From IMG/VR virus record IMGVR_UViG_3300032116_000296, positions 1 through 51,310 of that record: a stretch of 51,310 nt of DNA. One strand, 5' to 3'. This document shows, one piece after another, positions 19,816 through 29,947 of this stretch. The stretch is from a virus. Lineage: Duplodnaviria; Caudoviricetes. Every line of letters starts with the position of its first letter. Positions within the stretch are counted from its first letter, which is position 1. Made by a program: the position numbers and the translations under genes. The notes beneath the pieces are model-generated. The model was not told the DNA's origin and did no database searches. It was given only the letters and a program-made list of their open reading frames with translations.

Positions 19816-20758
19816 TATACCACTCCAATGTTTTACGGAGACCTTCGGTTATATTTGTTTTTGTTTTCCAACCGAGTTCTCGTTCAAGTTTTGATGAATC
19901 CATTGCATATCTGAAATCATGACCTTTGCGGTCTGTAACAAAATTAATCCAGTTCTGATACATGTTCACAGGTTTGCCCATGAGATCTAGAATCAATGTA
20001 ACCATTTCAAGATTACTCATCTCATGACCACCGCCGATATTATAGCGTTCTCCTCGCTTAAAGTTTTCTCCAATTGCAAGCAATGCTTCGCAATGATCTT
20101 CAACAAACAACCAATCACGAACATTCTGACCTGTTCCGTAAACAGGAATTGGAGTATTGTTCTTTATGTGACGAATTACAGTTGGGATGAACTTCTCGCG
20201 ATGTTGTCGCGGACCGTAGTTATTCGAGCAATTCGTAACAACTGCATCTATTCCATGAGTATTCACATAAGCACGAACAAGATGATCACTTGCTGCTTTG
20301 GTAGCAGAGTATGGATTGCGAGGATCGTATGGCGTCTTTTCTGTGAACGGTGGATCATCATGAGAGAGTGATCCATAAACTTCATCAGTTGAAACATGAA
20401 CAAGTTTACTGCCAAACTTGCGAATGCATTTTAGAATGTTGTGAGTGCCTTCAACATTAGTGCTGAGGAAATGATCGTCACCAGCAATAGAGTTGTCAAC
20501 ATGAGACTCAGCAGCAAAATGGTACGTGATTTTTGGGTCATAATCGTAGTATAATTGATCGAGTCGATTGATGTTGCGAATGTCACAGCGCTGGACAATT
20601 ACACGATAATCTTCGTATAGTCCATTTATGTTCGAGCCATTTGCTGCGTATGAATAGTTGTCAAGAATGACAACAGTATCAGCGGGATATTTTTTTAGGT
20701 GGGCGAATACAAAATTAGATCCAATAAATCCCAAACCACCAGTCACAAATACAGTCAT
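19808..20758 (-). CDS. rfbB: dTDP-glucose 4,6-dehydratase
   Basis: VTGGLGFIGSNF, HFAAESHVDNSI, HVSTDEVYG, PYSATKA, NCSNNYGP, DRKGHDFRY. Confidence 0.95.
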   Translation of the reverse strand: MTVFVTGGLGFIGSNFVFAHLKKYPADTVVILDNYSYAANGSNINGLYEDYRVIVQRCDIRNINRLDQLYYDYDPKITYHFAAESHVDNSIAGDDHFLSTNVEGTHNILKCIRKFGSKLVHVSTDEVYGSLSHDDPPFTEKTPYDPRNPYSATKAASDHLVRAYVNTHGIDAVVTNCSNNYGPRQHREKFIPTVIRHIKNNTPIPVYGTGQNVRDWLFVEDHCEALLAIGENFKRGERYNIGGGHEMSNLEMVTLILDLMGKPVNMYQNWINFVTDRKGHDFRYAMDSSKLERELGWKTKTNITEGLRKTLEWYNA

Positions 20759-20761
20759 AAA

Positions 20762-21829
20762 TCATCCTTTAATCATTTTCATTCCAATTCTATTTCCAAC
20801 GGGATTAGGAGTGCTAGAAGGGGAATGGAATTTAAAGTTAGCATCAGAAAAGGTTTTAATTATATAGTTTAAATTCCCAGACTTCCATTTCACTGGTCCA
20901 CTTATTGGTGGTGTATGATCAAGATAAATTTGATTTACAGTTAATGATCTTGCAGCCAGTGTTAAGACCTCAGTTGCGCCATTTGCAGGATCGTTTAACC
21001 AACTCATAACTTGACTTGTTATTGGAAAATGCAAAAGCCCCCATTTCTTATATCTTTTGCCTGCTGTACCAGCAAACACAGATCTCATTTTTTTCTCACC
21101 TGCATCTCCGCCAAGTTGAAATTCTGCTGCATCGAAAAGTGGTTTAAATTCTTTCATACAAGAATCAAAAGTTCCACAGGCGTCTATTGCAGACATTAAA
21201 TGTTCAACTGTTGGTATTCCACTCGAATACCCAGTCTTATATTTCTTGTTCTTCATTATGTTAATGAGTGCTGCATAGCCTGGAAGATTTAGAAAATCTG
21301 CTGCTACAAGTACACCATCATATATTGATTCATTGTTGATAATCTTTAGAACTTTTTTTGCTGTTTTCTGCTTTCGAGTGAGTGAATCATCTTTCATTTT
21401 ATCGAGTTTATCTTCTAATGCATTGATAGAAGGTGCGCCACCCTGACCTGCTTTCGCTGAAAATGGTTCATCAACTCCACTCTTTACCAAATAATAGTCA
21501 ACAAGTCTTTGCGATTCAGAGGTAGGAAACTTTGCAGCAGTATACCCTTTTTTAGAATTTAACATATAAATGGCACCAGTCACTTCACCGAAGTCTGATG
21601 TCAAAACGCCGATATCTGCTCCAGTTAATCCAGAAAATTCTGCTTTGAATGTGGGTTTACCTGCTACAGAATTTTGTACCATTTGTTTGCAAGCGTTTTT
21701 TGCTGCTGGGGTAAGATCGATCTTATTCAGTTTGCCCAACACAGTTCGAACAATTACTTCTGAACTGACTGGTTTCATTGTATTCAGACCAAATTTCGCT
21801 GGCGTCAGCAGTTTCTTTTTAACAGTCAT
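20762..21829 (-). CDS. Hypothetical protein, possible PD-(D/E)xK-like nuclease fold
   Basis: 355 aa. The pattern DFGE...FPTSESQRLVDYY...FSAKAG loosely resembles restriction-endonuclease-like cores. Confidence 0.5.
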   Translation of the reverse strand: MTVKKKLLTPAKFGLNTMKPVSSEVIVRTVLGKLNKIDLTPAAKNACKQMVQNSVAGKPTFKAEFSGLTGADIGVLTSDFGEVTGAIYMLNSKKGYTAAKFPTSESQRLVDYYLVKSGVDEPFSAKAGQGGAPSINALEDKLDKMKDDSLTRKQKTAKKVLKIINNESIYDGVLVAADFLNLPGYAALINIMKNKKYKTGYSSGIPTVEHLMSAIDACGTFDSCMKEFKPLFDAAEFQLGGDAGEKKMRSVFAGTAGKRYKKWGLLHFPITSQVMSWLNDPANGATEVLTLAARSLTVNQIYLDHTPPISGPVKWKSGNLNYIIKTFSDANFKFHSPSSTPNPVGNRIGMKMIKG

Positions 21830-22436
21830 TATTCTTATAAACCTTTTTCAGAAACCTTTGCCAAACTTTTGGATCTTGCTTACGAAAGTGCAGACGATAC
21901 ATAAAGATGGCTTCACACTCTCTCCAGCCAATCTTATGAGCCTTTCGCAATTTATTTATATCTAGTTTCTCAGCCTGAGTTTCATAAGCATGGGCATCTA
22001 ACTCATCAGGGTTGCCATAATACATTGCCTTCATCTTGTTCTGTTTAGGCTTTGGCTTGTACTCTTTCTGCAAAAGAAAGGGGCGATGTCTTTGTTGGTG
22101 TTTATGGCGATACTCATGATGTATTGCGCGAATAATCTTAAGAGCAAGATTCTTTGCGCCTTCTTCGCTTATAATTGCTTTCTTGGAATCTTTAGGAAAG
22201 TTCAACTGGATATAGATGTGTTCAGGAACAATATCTGATATTCTATTACAATAATGTCCACCTACAATTACATTGTGGTCGGGGTAGTATAAATCCTCAA
22301 ATCTTCCAGAGGAAAAACAGACAATGTAAGGTTTGAATGCTTGGTTCAAACCGCGAATGATAGACGGTATGTGTTTTTCTCCGACCCATTTTTCGGCAAG
22401 AGCATATACCTTTTTCTCTATTCGTTTTAGTTTCAT
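21819..22436 (-). CDS. Hypothetical protein with HExxH zincin motif
   Basis: AIHHEYRHKHQ followed by YYGNPDELDAHA. Confidence 0.55.
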   Translation of the reverse strand: MKLKRIEKKVYALAEKWVGEKHIPSIIRGLNQAFKPYIVCFSSGRFEDLYYPDHNVIVGGHYCNRISDIVPEHIYIQLNFPKDSKKAIISEEGAKNLALKIIRAIHHEYRHKHQQRHRPFLLQKEYKPKPKQNKMKAMYYGNPDELDAHAYETQAEKLDINKLRKAHKIGWRECEAIFMYRLHFRKQDPKVWQRFLKKVYKNNDC

Positions 22437-23812
22437 TACACTTTGAGGTTTTTAAACTTATCAGTGCTACGACCACGATCAAAGACTGGTTTTGATTCGG
22501 CTTCCTTCAATACAGCATCTTGGGCTTTTTGCTCAAGATCATACAACTTCATCTTTGCGCGATCAACACCAATCGTGAATCTCTTGTGAAGATTCGGATC
22601 ATTATATCGATTCTTCAACTGCTTTACTAACAATTGATTCAATTGTTGTAGTTCTTCAGTGCTTACCAATGCAAACATAAAGTCAGCAGTGGCTGGCAAA
22701 CCAAACGATTCAGAAGTATCCTCTAGTCCAGGATCCGAGTTGCTAAAGCCAGATCGAGTCGTCTGAGTAGCCGAAACGATCGGTACATTATTCTCCACCG
22801 CAAGCCCACGAAGTTCTTCCGCAATCGCTTTGATATAGGTATAGGAGTTGACATTCGCACCTGCTTTGATTCGCGCTGACGCACAAATATTTAGATAGTC
22901 AATGAAGATAATATCTGGACGGAAGTTTTTCTTCAGAGCCAAGTCATTCAACAATGCGCGAAAGTGAGCAGGATTCGCAGACGCAGTCGGATACTCTTTA
23001 ATAATCAACTTGCCCTTGACCTTTTCCTTGAGTTTGCCCATGCGCTTCTCATACATGTCCTTCGGCATGTTCATGAGATCATCAAGAGAAACATTGAGAA
23101 GATTCGCGTCAATACGCTCAGCGATCTTCTCTTCAGCCATTTCTAGTGTGATATAAAGAACATTGTAGTTTTGAGTCAGGCAAGAAGCAGCCACATGACA
23201 CATAAACAGAGACTTGCCGACGCCAGTACCTGCAAGAGCAATATTAAGGGTCTTCTGCGGAAGTCCTCCTTTAGTGATCTTGTTGAAGTATTCAAGATCA
23301 AACGGGATTCTTTTTTCGATGCGATGATAGAAATCGTAGCGATCAGCGTAATTATCCAGAAAGTCGTGACCAATATGAGGATCGAAACTAACGCCCAAAG
23401 CATCAGACAACAAAGTAGGAATGCTTCCTTTGCCCCTCGCTTGATCTTTTCCATCAAGGATCTGAATTGAATCCATGATTGCATTATAGATTGCCTTTTC
23501 TTGGCAAAACTTCTCTGTAGTGTCAAGAAGCCATTCGAGTTTTTGTTCTGACTTGTCAACTGATACTTCCTTCAGCAGTTCAAGAGACTTATTTAACTCA
23601 ACTTCAGTGAGTTTGGTCGACTCTTTGAGGCTGATCTCCAGTGCTGCTATCGGAGGCAGACTGTTGTATTTCAGAATGAACTGTTTTATTTCTTCGAATA
23701 CCTTTCTTTCGTGGCTTTCGGTTAGATACTCGCTCTTGAGGAACGGCAGAGATTTCCTCATGAACTTCTCGTTCCGAATCAAATTCGACAAGATCAGTGT
23801 TTCTGTTTTCAT
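22436..23812 (-). CDS. gp41: Replicative DnaB-like DNA helicase (T4 gp41)
   Basis: ALAGTGVGKSLFMCH, ITLEMAEEKIAERIDAN, IIKEYPT, FIDYLNI, SESFGLPATAD, KQLKNRY. Confidence 0.95.
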   Translation of the reverse strand: MKTETLILSNLIRNEKFMRKSLPFLKSEYLTESHERKVFEEIKQFILKYNSLPPIAALEISLKESTKLTEVELNKSLELLKEVSVDKSEQKLEWLLDTTEKFCQEKAIYNAIMDSIQILDGKDQARGKGSIPTLLSDALGVSFDPHIGHDFLDNYADRYDFYHRIEKRIPFDLEYFNKITKGGLPQKTLNIALAGTGVGKSLFMCHVAASCLTQNYNVLYITLEMAEEKIAERIDANLLNVSLDDLMNMPKDMYEKRMGKLKEKVKGKLIIKEYPTASANPAHFRALLNDLALKKNFRPDIIFIDYLNICASARIKAGANVNSYTYIKAIAEELRGLAVENNVPIVSATQTTRSGFSNSDPGLEDTSESFGLPATADFMFALVSTEELQQLNQLLVKQLKNRYNDPNLHKRFTIGVDRAKMKLYDLEQKAQDAVLKEAESKPVFDRGRSTDKFKNLKV

Positions 23813-24137
23813 TCTTTTCCCTTACATCATTTTGAATAGCACCATAAAGTATACTACGCATTACATTTTGAGTAAAGCGTTCAAAACTTCTGGTTTTCAC
23901 ATTACAATTGTTCACATTGGATATGATATCGTAGTCAAACGTCAATTGACCATCATTACCAACTTTTACATTGGCAAACTCAACAATTACACCATCATAT
24001 TTTTTAAAAAATTTAATTGCAAATGATCCTGGAGGACCATTTAAATCTAAAAAGAAGGTATAATGCTTGTCAAGTTTGATGAACTTTCGAGCATACCAAA
24101 ACTCAACTGCGGCAATAAGGTCTTGAATCTTATTCAT
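23604..24137 (-). CDS. Hypothetical protein at the T4 gp40 (head vertex chaperone) position
   Basis: Located between uvsX and gene 41 as in T4. YDGVIVEF..V......LTFDYDI core. The C-terminal tail overlaps gene 41. Confidence 0.5.
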   Translation of the reverse strand: MNKIQDLIAAVEFWYARKFIKLDKHYTFFLDLNGPPGSFAIKFFKKYDGVIVEFANVKVGNDGQLTFDYDIISNVNNCNVKTRSFERFTQNVMRSILYGAIQNDVREKNENRNTDLVEFDSEREVHEEISAVPQERVSNRKPRKKGIRRNKTVHSEIQQSASDSSTGDQPQRVDQTH

Positions 24138-25188
24138 GACCATCGTCAAGAACCTCATTAATCAAATTACCAGCCACTGCTGAACTGAATTGGTAATTTG
24201 TGCGCACCCATTCTTTAAATGTCTCATCAGAAAGAATGCTGTCCCAAAACTCTGGCGACTCAGTATCAGCCATGCGCCACTTCTTGCTTTCAACTTCGCC
24301 AGTGGCAGTGTTCACTTTTGCATACCAGCCTACATTTGGCTTCGTAACATGACCAGACTCAAGTGCCATGTCAAGAAGACCACTGTACTTAGAAATACCA
24401 CCATCGAAACGAACAGTGACAGGGATACGGGCTTTTTCACGAACATATCGAGACTTCTCAACATTGATGATAAAGTTATAACCAATCAAATCAGTGCCGT
24501 CTTTTTCTTGCTGACGACCAAGAATGTAGATGTTATCAGCAGAGTAGTAAGAACCTGTTCCGCCACCGACAATATCCTTGGGATACAGACCTATTTCCTT
24601 ATAGGTGTGATTTACTACGACCATAGGAATGTCCTTTAGTGTAAGGTGTGGTGTCACCATACGGAACAGGGATTTAATTTGCTTTGCACGACTCATGTCA
24701 GCGACTGACTTGCCATCCATCGCATCCTCAACTTCTTTCTTCGAAGCCAAGTTACCGATAGAGTCGATAACAATCATCACGCGCTCGCCGCGCTCGATGT
24801 TACTCAACTGCTGCATGATATCAAACTTCAACTGCTCAACGTCTGTGATCGGAGTATGAACAACGCGATCGGTGTCAATACCAAACGAAGTGAAATAGTT
24901 TTGCGGAGTACCAAACTCAGAGTCATAGAAAAGAACAACTGAATCTGGATACTTGTCTTGATAGGCTTTTGCCATTAACAGACTGAATGCAGTCTTGAAG
25001 TGCTTACTCGGACCAGCCCACATTGTGAGACCAGGAGTAAAACCACCATCAAGATCTCCAGAGAACGCAACGTTCACAACTGGGATGCTGGTTTGAATCA
25101 TGTCCTTTGCTGCGAAGAACTTGGACTTGGCAAGAATCGCAGTATCTTTGATCGTCGTATTTTTCTTTAACTTTTCAAGCAAACTCAT
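24130..25188 (-). CDS. uvsX: RecA-like recombinase UvsX
   Basis: WAGPSKHFKT, FYDSEFG, VIDSIGNLASKKE, DMSRAKQIKSLFR, NHTY, GGGTG. Confidence 0.95.
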   Translation of the reverse strand: MSLLEKLKKNTTIKDTAILAKSKFFAAKDMIQTSIPVVNVAFSGDLDGGFTPGLTMWAGPSKHFKTAFSLLMAKAYQDKYPDSVVLFYDSEFGTPQNYFTSFGIDTDRVVHTPITDVEQLKFDIMQQLSNIERGERVMIVIDSIGNLASKKEVEDAMDGKSVADMSRAKQIKSLFRMVTPHLTLKDIPMVVVNHTYKEIGLYPKDIVGGGTGSYYSADNIYILGRQQEKDGTDLIGYNFIINVEKSRYVREKARIPVTVRFDGGISKYSGLLDMALESGHVTKPNVGWYAKVNTATGEVESKKWRMADTESPEFWDSILSDETFKEWVRTNYQFSSAVAGNLINEVLDDGHE

Positions 25189-25216
25189 GGTATTTCTCCA
25201 TATTTGGGATACATCT

Positions 25217-25245
25217 ATTATACATCATTTCAATTAAAAAAGCAA
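25217..25245 (-). promoter_or_regulatory. sigma70-type promoter for uvsX
   Basis: TTGCTT, 17 bp spacer, TATAAT, then SD GGAGA before the ATG. Confidence 0.65.
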
Positions 25246-27770
25246 TCCAGTGAATCAATCTTTTCACTCTGCCAATCGATTGCAGAAAGAATAATATCAA
25301 GTGGCTCAAGAAATGATTTCTCAAATTGCAGATCATAGTCAATATATTGCTCAGCGCCAAGTTTCTTTGGCAGCGCAGATATAAATGCAAGAGTGTTATT
25401 GTTAAAGATATTCGGTTGCTTCAAATAAACAAACTTAATCTTCTCACCCTCTTGAATTTCTTGATAACGCTTATTGAGTTTCAATTCTCGCAAGAAGTGA
25501 TTATACACCAATGCACCCTTTACATGAATAGGTGTGCCCTTCTTGAAGATATTTGCGGCATCACCATACTCTGTCAAGCCATTCACAGAGCGTGGGAAAG
25601 AAATGTCTTCAACAGGCAACTCCTTAAACTCATTTCTAAATTGCTCGATGAATTTATGCAAATCATCTTGCGTTTGCGTCATAATAATATTGATTGCCTC
25701 TTTAATCTTCACACGGCAAGCAGATGGCGTTGAGGATTTGACAGCCTCAAGACCCATGATCTTGAGTTTTGGTTTGGCATATGCCACACCTTCACTATCA
25801 TGCACATTTAGAATATATCGTTTCTTTGCAGTCCAGATTGCTTTGTCTGCAAGAGATTCGCGTTTCATCTCCATGCGCTGCTGATATGCATTCACATAGT
25901 CAGCCAATTCTTGATACGATGAGTCAATGAACGGTTGAATCTTATCGTCACAAACTTTGTTCATGAACTTAATGACTTTCTTGGTGTCAGAAGTATCAGG
26001 ATAAAGTTTTTTGATCAGCGGACCCATGTTCAAATAGATTGAGTCAGTATCAGAGGCAATGACATAATCTTCATCTTTTGTTTTGAGAAGATTGTTCATA
26101 TACTCGTTGATCTTCTTCTCAATCCAACGAATAGACAACTGACCTGCGGTCGTAATACCTTCAGCGATACGAATATCAAAGAAGCGGAAGTATTGATTGC
26201 CCAGTGCACCGTAAGCAGAGTTCAGCGTGACCTTTTTAGCCAACTGAAGATTATTGTATCGTGAGATTTGATTCTCCAAATACTTCACTTGATTCTTATC
26301 GTCAAGAACAGTTTCGATTTTCTTTTTGGCTTCCAGCGCCAACTTCTTATAGCGCGTACGATCTTTGTACATACTATCCATAATCTCAGGAAGCACACCC
26401 TGTTCATTAGTGCGGAACAATTGACCATTTGGCGTAAGTGTTACGCCAAGTTGTTTTAGAATTTCTGTATCAACTTCTTGATTGAGCAAAGACTCAACAT
26501 TGATATTGCAGTTCTGTAGCAATCCACGCATGTTATCGTTATACTTCGAGGGCTCAATCAAAGTCTCCATCGAAATATTGTACTGCATGATCAAGTGCGG
26601 ATACAGACTATTCAAGTCAAATGACGCAACCCATTCGTGCATGCCAAGGATTGGATCCTTAACATACGCACCCTCATACTGCGAACTCTTTGATCCGCGC
26701 TTCATTTGAGGGATTACAATTTTTTTCTTTAGAAGATAATTGTAAACAATCGCATCCCACATGCGCACCTGCGTGAAGACGTCATCATAGTTTACTTTGT
26801 TGTCATACGCAAGAGTCAAAGCCAACTCAATCAACTTCATCTTTTCTTCGAGTTTCTCAACAAGTTCTACGTCCTTGATGTTATACTCAATGAATTTCTG
26901 ATAGTCATGCTTGTAGAGTTGATGAAGAGTTTCAAACTCAGAATAATCGATCTTTTTTTCGCCCAACTCAACGTGAGCAATATTGTCCAGTCGGTATGAC
27001 TCTTGCTGCGAGTAAGTAAACTTGCGATACAATTCGATGTAGTCGAGAGTTGCTACACCATCAAGATCATAAACTTGATGTTCGCGATTCATGATCATTG
27101 CTTCACGCAATGACAATCGATTCCACGGAGAAAGTTTCTTGGCTTCAGCATCACCAAGAAGTTTGGTGATGCGATTTACAAGGTATGGGATATCGAAGAA
27201 TTTGACGTTCCATCCTGAGACCACATCTGGGTGGAATCTTGTCCAGAAGTCAATGAATCTTCGTATAAGGTCGAGTTCATCTCGACACTTTGCATAGTGC
27301 ACGTCGTCACGGTGCTTGCTATAATCGCCGACACCAAACACAAAATAATTACCTTTAAGTTTGATAGTGATGGCGGTGATTGATTCGTTGGCATCTCTTG
27401 GCTCAGGGAATCCGTTCTCGGATCCAACCTCAATGTCGAGATAAGCGATAGTAACTTTGTTAATATCCCAAAGAATATCATCAGGATAACGATCGGCAAT
27501 AAAAGCATACTCATAACGATTATTACCAAAAACAGGGAAATTATCGACACTTTCGTACCTCTCTAGAAATTCACGACACTCAGGAATTGTTCCTGGCTCA
27601 ATTGACTTGACAAACTCTCCACTGAGAGTCTTGTAATCTGTTTTCTCGTTTGCAATGAGATAAAAGGTCGGACGGAATTCAATCTTCCGTCTGACCCTCT
27701 TATCATTCTCGACACCACGATAGAGGATATATTTTCCAGATACCGAGATGTTTGTATAGAAATCAGCCAA
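25230..27770 (-). CDS. gp43: Family B DNA polymerase (T4 gp43)
   Basis: Exonuclease motifs YLDIEV and SGWNVKFFDIPY. Polymerase motifs SFDLNSLYPH, KVTLNSAYGALGN, ASDTDS, KKRY. Uninterrupted, with no intein or intron seen. Confidence 0.97.
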   Translation of the reverse strand: MADFYTNISVSGKYILYRGVENDKRVRRKIEFRPTFYLIANEKTDYKTLSGEFVKSIEPGTIPECREFLERYESVDNFPVFGNNRYEYAFIADRYPDDILWDINKVTIAYLDIEVGSENGFPEPRDANESITAITIKLKGNYFVFGVGDYSKHRDDVHYAKCRDELDLIRRFIDFWTRFHPDVVSGWNVKFFDIPYLVNRITKLLGDAEAKKLSPWNRLSLREAMIMNREHQVYDLDGVATLDYIELYRKFTYSQQESYRLDNIAHVELGEKKIDYSEFETLHQLYKHDYQKFIEYNIKDVELVEKLEEKMKLIELALTLAYDNKVNYDDVFTQVRMWDAIVYNYLLKKKIVIPQMKRGSKSSQYEGAYVKDPILGMHEWVASFDLNSLYPHLIMQYNISMETLIEPSKYNDNMRGLLQNCNINVESLLNQEVDTEILKQLGVTLTPNGQLFRTNEQGVLPEIMDSMYKDRTRYKKLALEAKKKIETVLDDKNQVKYLENQISRYNNLQLAKKVTLNSAYGALGNQYFRFFDIRIAEGITTAGQLSIRWIEKKINEYMNNLLKTKDEDYVIASDTDSIYLNMGPLIKKLYPDTSDTKKVIKFMNKVCDDKIQPFIDSSYQELADYVNAYQQRMEMKRESLADKAIWTAKKRYILNVHDSEGVAYAKPKLKIMGLEAVKSSTPSACRVKIKEAINIIMTQTQDDLHKFIEQFRNEFKELPVEDISFPRSVNGLTEYGDAANIFKKGTPIHVKGALVYNHFLRELKLNKRYQEIQEGEKIKFVYLKQPNIFNNNTLAFISALPKKLGAEQYIDYDLQFEKSFLEPLDIILSAIDWQSEKIDSLDCFFN

Positions 27771-27773
27771 GCA

Positions 27774-28070
27774 TTACCCCACAATCAAATCTTTAGGAGG
27801 AACGACAATTCCTGCTCCGAAGATTTGATTATACCCGTTTTTCACTTCATCGGCAACTTCTGCGACAACAATAATATTATCGCGAGTAATTGTAAATGGA
27901 CCATCAGCCGCTTGCATCCATGGCATGAAGCCAAGCATTGGTCCCTTTTCGCTGCGCTGCATTACACAAGCAACAGGATTCTTGAAAGTGATTAGATCAC
28001 CTTCTTCATTTGTAATTTCTACTACTAATTCCTCGCCACTTACGAGTTTCATTGCTTTGATGTTCGACAT
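27774..28070 (-). CDS. Small Sm-like-domain phage protein
   Basis: IKAMKLVSGEELV...KNP...GFMPW...YNQIFGAGIVVP pattern, typical of proteins upstream of gp43 in aquatic T4-like phages. Confidence 0.65.
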   Translation of the reverse strand: MSNIKAMKLVSGEELVVEITNEEGDLITFKNPVACVMQRSEKGPMLGFMPWMQAADGPFTITRDNIIVVAEVADEVKNGYNQIFGAGIVVPPKDLIVG

Positions 28071-28260
28071 TTTGTTTTACCTTTGTGTATGAATCAAATA
28101 CAGTTTTATCTTTTAGACTTTGCGGAAGATTGTTTCTATAATAAACACCATCAAGCATTGTCCAAGTATCTTTACCAACTTTTAGATACCAACCACCGAA
28201 CTCTTTAATTTGTATTTCCTTTGTAGAAAGGAAATCACGAAGTTCTGCAAGAGAGTTCAT
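28006..28260 (-). CDS. Hypothetical protein
   Basis: 84-aa ORF coupled to the upstream gene. Confidence 0.5.
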   Translation of the reverse strand: MNSLAELRDFLSTKEIQIKEFGGWYLKVGKDTWTMLDGVYYRNNLPQSLKDKTVFDSYTKVKQNVEHQSNETRKWRGISSRNYK

Positions 28261-28466
28261 TATTCACCATCACTCGCGTCACGATTCTCTGTACTATGAC
28301 GCTTCATCTTAAATGCAACATGATTAGCATGCGCTTGAATCATGAGATTTTTAAGATTACCGCGATTGTGTTCATCGCCATCCCATCCATAAGTTTGCCC
28401 CATGGCAAGAATGCGCTTCCATTGACGCGGAAGTTTTGCACTAAAAAAGTCACTACGATTAGCCAT
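28260..28466 (-). CDS. Hypothetical protein
   Basis: 68-aa ORF with overlapping start/stop junctions. Confidence 0.55.
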   Translation of the reverse strand: MANRSDFFSAKLPRQWKRILAMGQTYGWDGDEHNRGNLKNLMIQAHANHVAFKMKRHSTENRDASDGE

Positions 28467-29169
28467 TTAAAAGTTCCTCACATTTCTTTGTAAATCTTTC
28501 ATTCTGTCCTGGATGAAAACTCTGGTACATATGCCAAAACAGATCCAATGTTGTACCATCTTTATTTGTAAGACCGAATGTCGTACCAATGCCATACTTT
28601 GGCATACCATCTGCAAGATCCCAATACGGTGGAGAATCTTTCGATTCCCATGCCATACGAATCGGTGGTGCATCATAACGCAATGGCATTATGATCTCAA
28701 TAGGTATATTACTCTCTCTGGCTTTAAAAGTCAACTCTTCTGCAACATCACCGCGATAGTTTGGCATAAACGAAGGATTGCCAAGTTTACGATACATTTC
28801 AATTGTGAATGTTACGTTATGCGGAGCAGCAAATACATGCTGATCATTTTGAATATGGTTACTACGCTGAGCATCACCAATTATCTTTCCCATGTAGGCT
28901 CGTTCGAAGAAATAATTGAGCGCATTGTTTTCAAGTGGCAAACAATCAATATCTAAGAACATGATTGCATCATGACCTTTCTGTTCTAACATATCAACAA
29001 GTTTATCCATGGTGTAACCTGGATTTGCTTCAGTGTAGATATGATAATGAGGGATCTTTGATACGTTATATTTTTCTACAACTTGTTTTTGTAGAGCAAC
29101 AATTTTTTGATCGATATTGTTCATGAATATCGATGCGATGCACGGATTAAACATTTTACATTTCTCCAA
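28459..29169 (-). CDS. Glycosyltransferase-like protein (GT-A, DxD)
   Basis: IMFLDIDCLPL DxD motif. Located in the glyco cassette. Confidence 0.6.
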   Translation of the reverse strand: MEKCKMFNPCIASIFMNNIDQKIVALQKQVVEKYNVSKIPHYHIYTEANPGYTMDKLVDMLEQKGHDAIMFLDIDCLPLENNALNYFFERAYMGKIIGDAQRSNHIQNDQHVFAAPHNVTFTIEMYRKLGNPSFMPNYRGDVAEELTFKARESNIPIEIIMPLRYDAPPIRMAWESKDSPPYWDLADGMPKYGIGTTFGLTNKDGTTLDLFWHMYQSFHPGQNERFTKKCEELLNG

Positions 29170-29947
29170 TAGTTCCAGAAATTGTTACCCATAAAGGTTT
29201 ATCTTCAAGATCCTCTTCAGGGTAAACGAACCCAAATGGTTTTTCGCAAACAGCAACATAATATCCATTCCACCAGTCTGGATCATGGTGTCTATTGCCA
29301 TCTATCATCTGTATATTTCCAAACATTTCCCATTCTTTATGGACCTTAATAAAAGCAGATTCGAACCCTGCTCTTGTACCTTCGCGCACCGCTTCTGTGT
29401 TCCAGTCATCAACAATGTAAATGAAAACATCCGATAGAGTATTCACATAGTATGTGATTGCTTTAGTGTGATCTTCTTTTGTATGACCAGCATCGAAGAG
29501 ATAAGTGTTGATGTCGCGAATGTCAAACTTATCGGGTGGAAGCAGATCAAAACAATCACCTTGGATGCAGGTGAAGTCTGTTATGTTATTATTCTCGCAG
29601 TTTTCTAGGAAGTGAAGAAACAATGCATTTTTGACTTTGATTCCAGAATACTCTACATCAACCTTCATATCCATTTCCCAACTATCCTTTGCAGAGAAAG
29701 AATCTACTGCAAATGCAGACTTTGGTTTATTGCCATACATCGCATTGATAAAGGTTGAACCAGTAAATGTACCAACCTCGAGATAGTTGGTATCTTCTTT
29801 AATAAGTTCATTTAAAAGAATTCGAATTTTTTCGCCAGACAAACCTTTGACTTTTTTGAGTTGCTTCTCAGTCAATTTTGTTTGATTAGTATTGGCGCAA
29901 TTAAGAGCCGCCTCGACTCTTTCAATATATTTTGTTACTTGATCCAC
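29156..29947 (-). CDS. Class I SAM-dependent methyltransferase
   Basis: YLEVGTFTGST, AVDSF, YLFDAGH, IYIVDDW. Confidence 0.8.
   Translation of the reverse strand: MDQVTKYIERVEAALNCANTNQTKLTEKQLKKVKGLSGEKIRILLNELIKEDTNYLEVGTFTGSTFINAMYGNKPKSAFAVDSFSAKDSWEMDMKVDVEYSGIKVKNALFLHFLENCENNNITDFTCIQGDCFDLLPPDKFDIRDINTYLFDAGHTKEDHTKAITYYVNTLSDVFIYIVDDWNTEAVREGTRAGFESAFIKVHKEWEMFGNIQMIDGNRHHDPDWWNGYYVAVCEKPFGFVYPEEDLEDKPLWVTISGTIGEM

Noticed and set aside
23604-23812. 209-bp overlap of the gp40-position ORF with gene 41, as possible dual coding
   Set aside because: The overlapping tail is low-complexity and looks like simple run-on to the next stop. No evidence of function.
25230-27770. Possible intein, intron or split in DNA polymerase
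   Set aside because: The 846-aa ORF is continuous with normal gp43 motif spacing.
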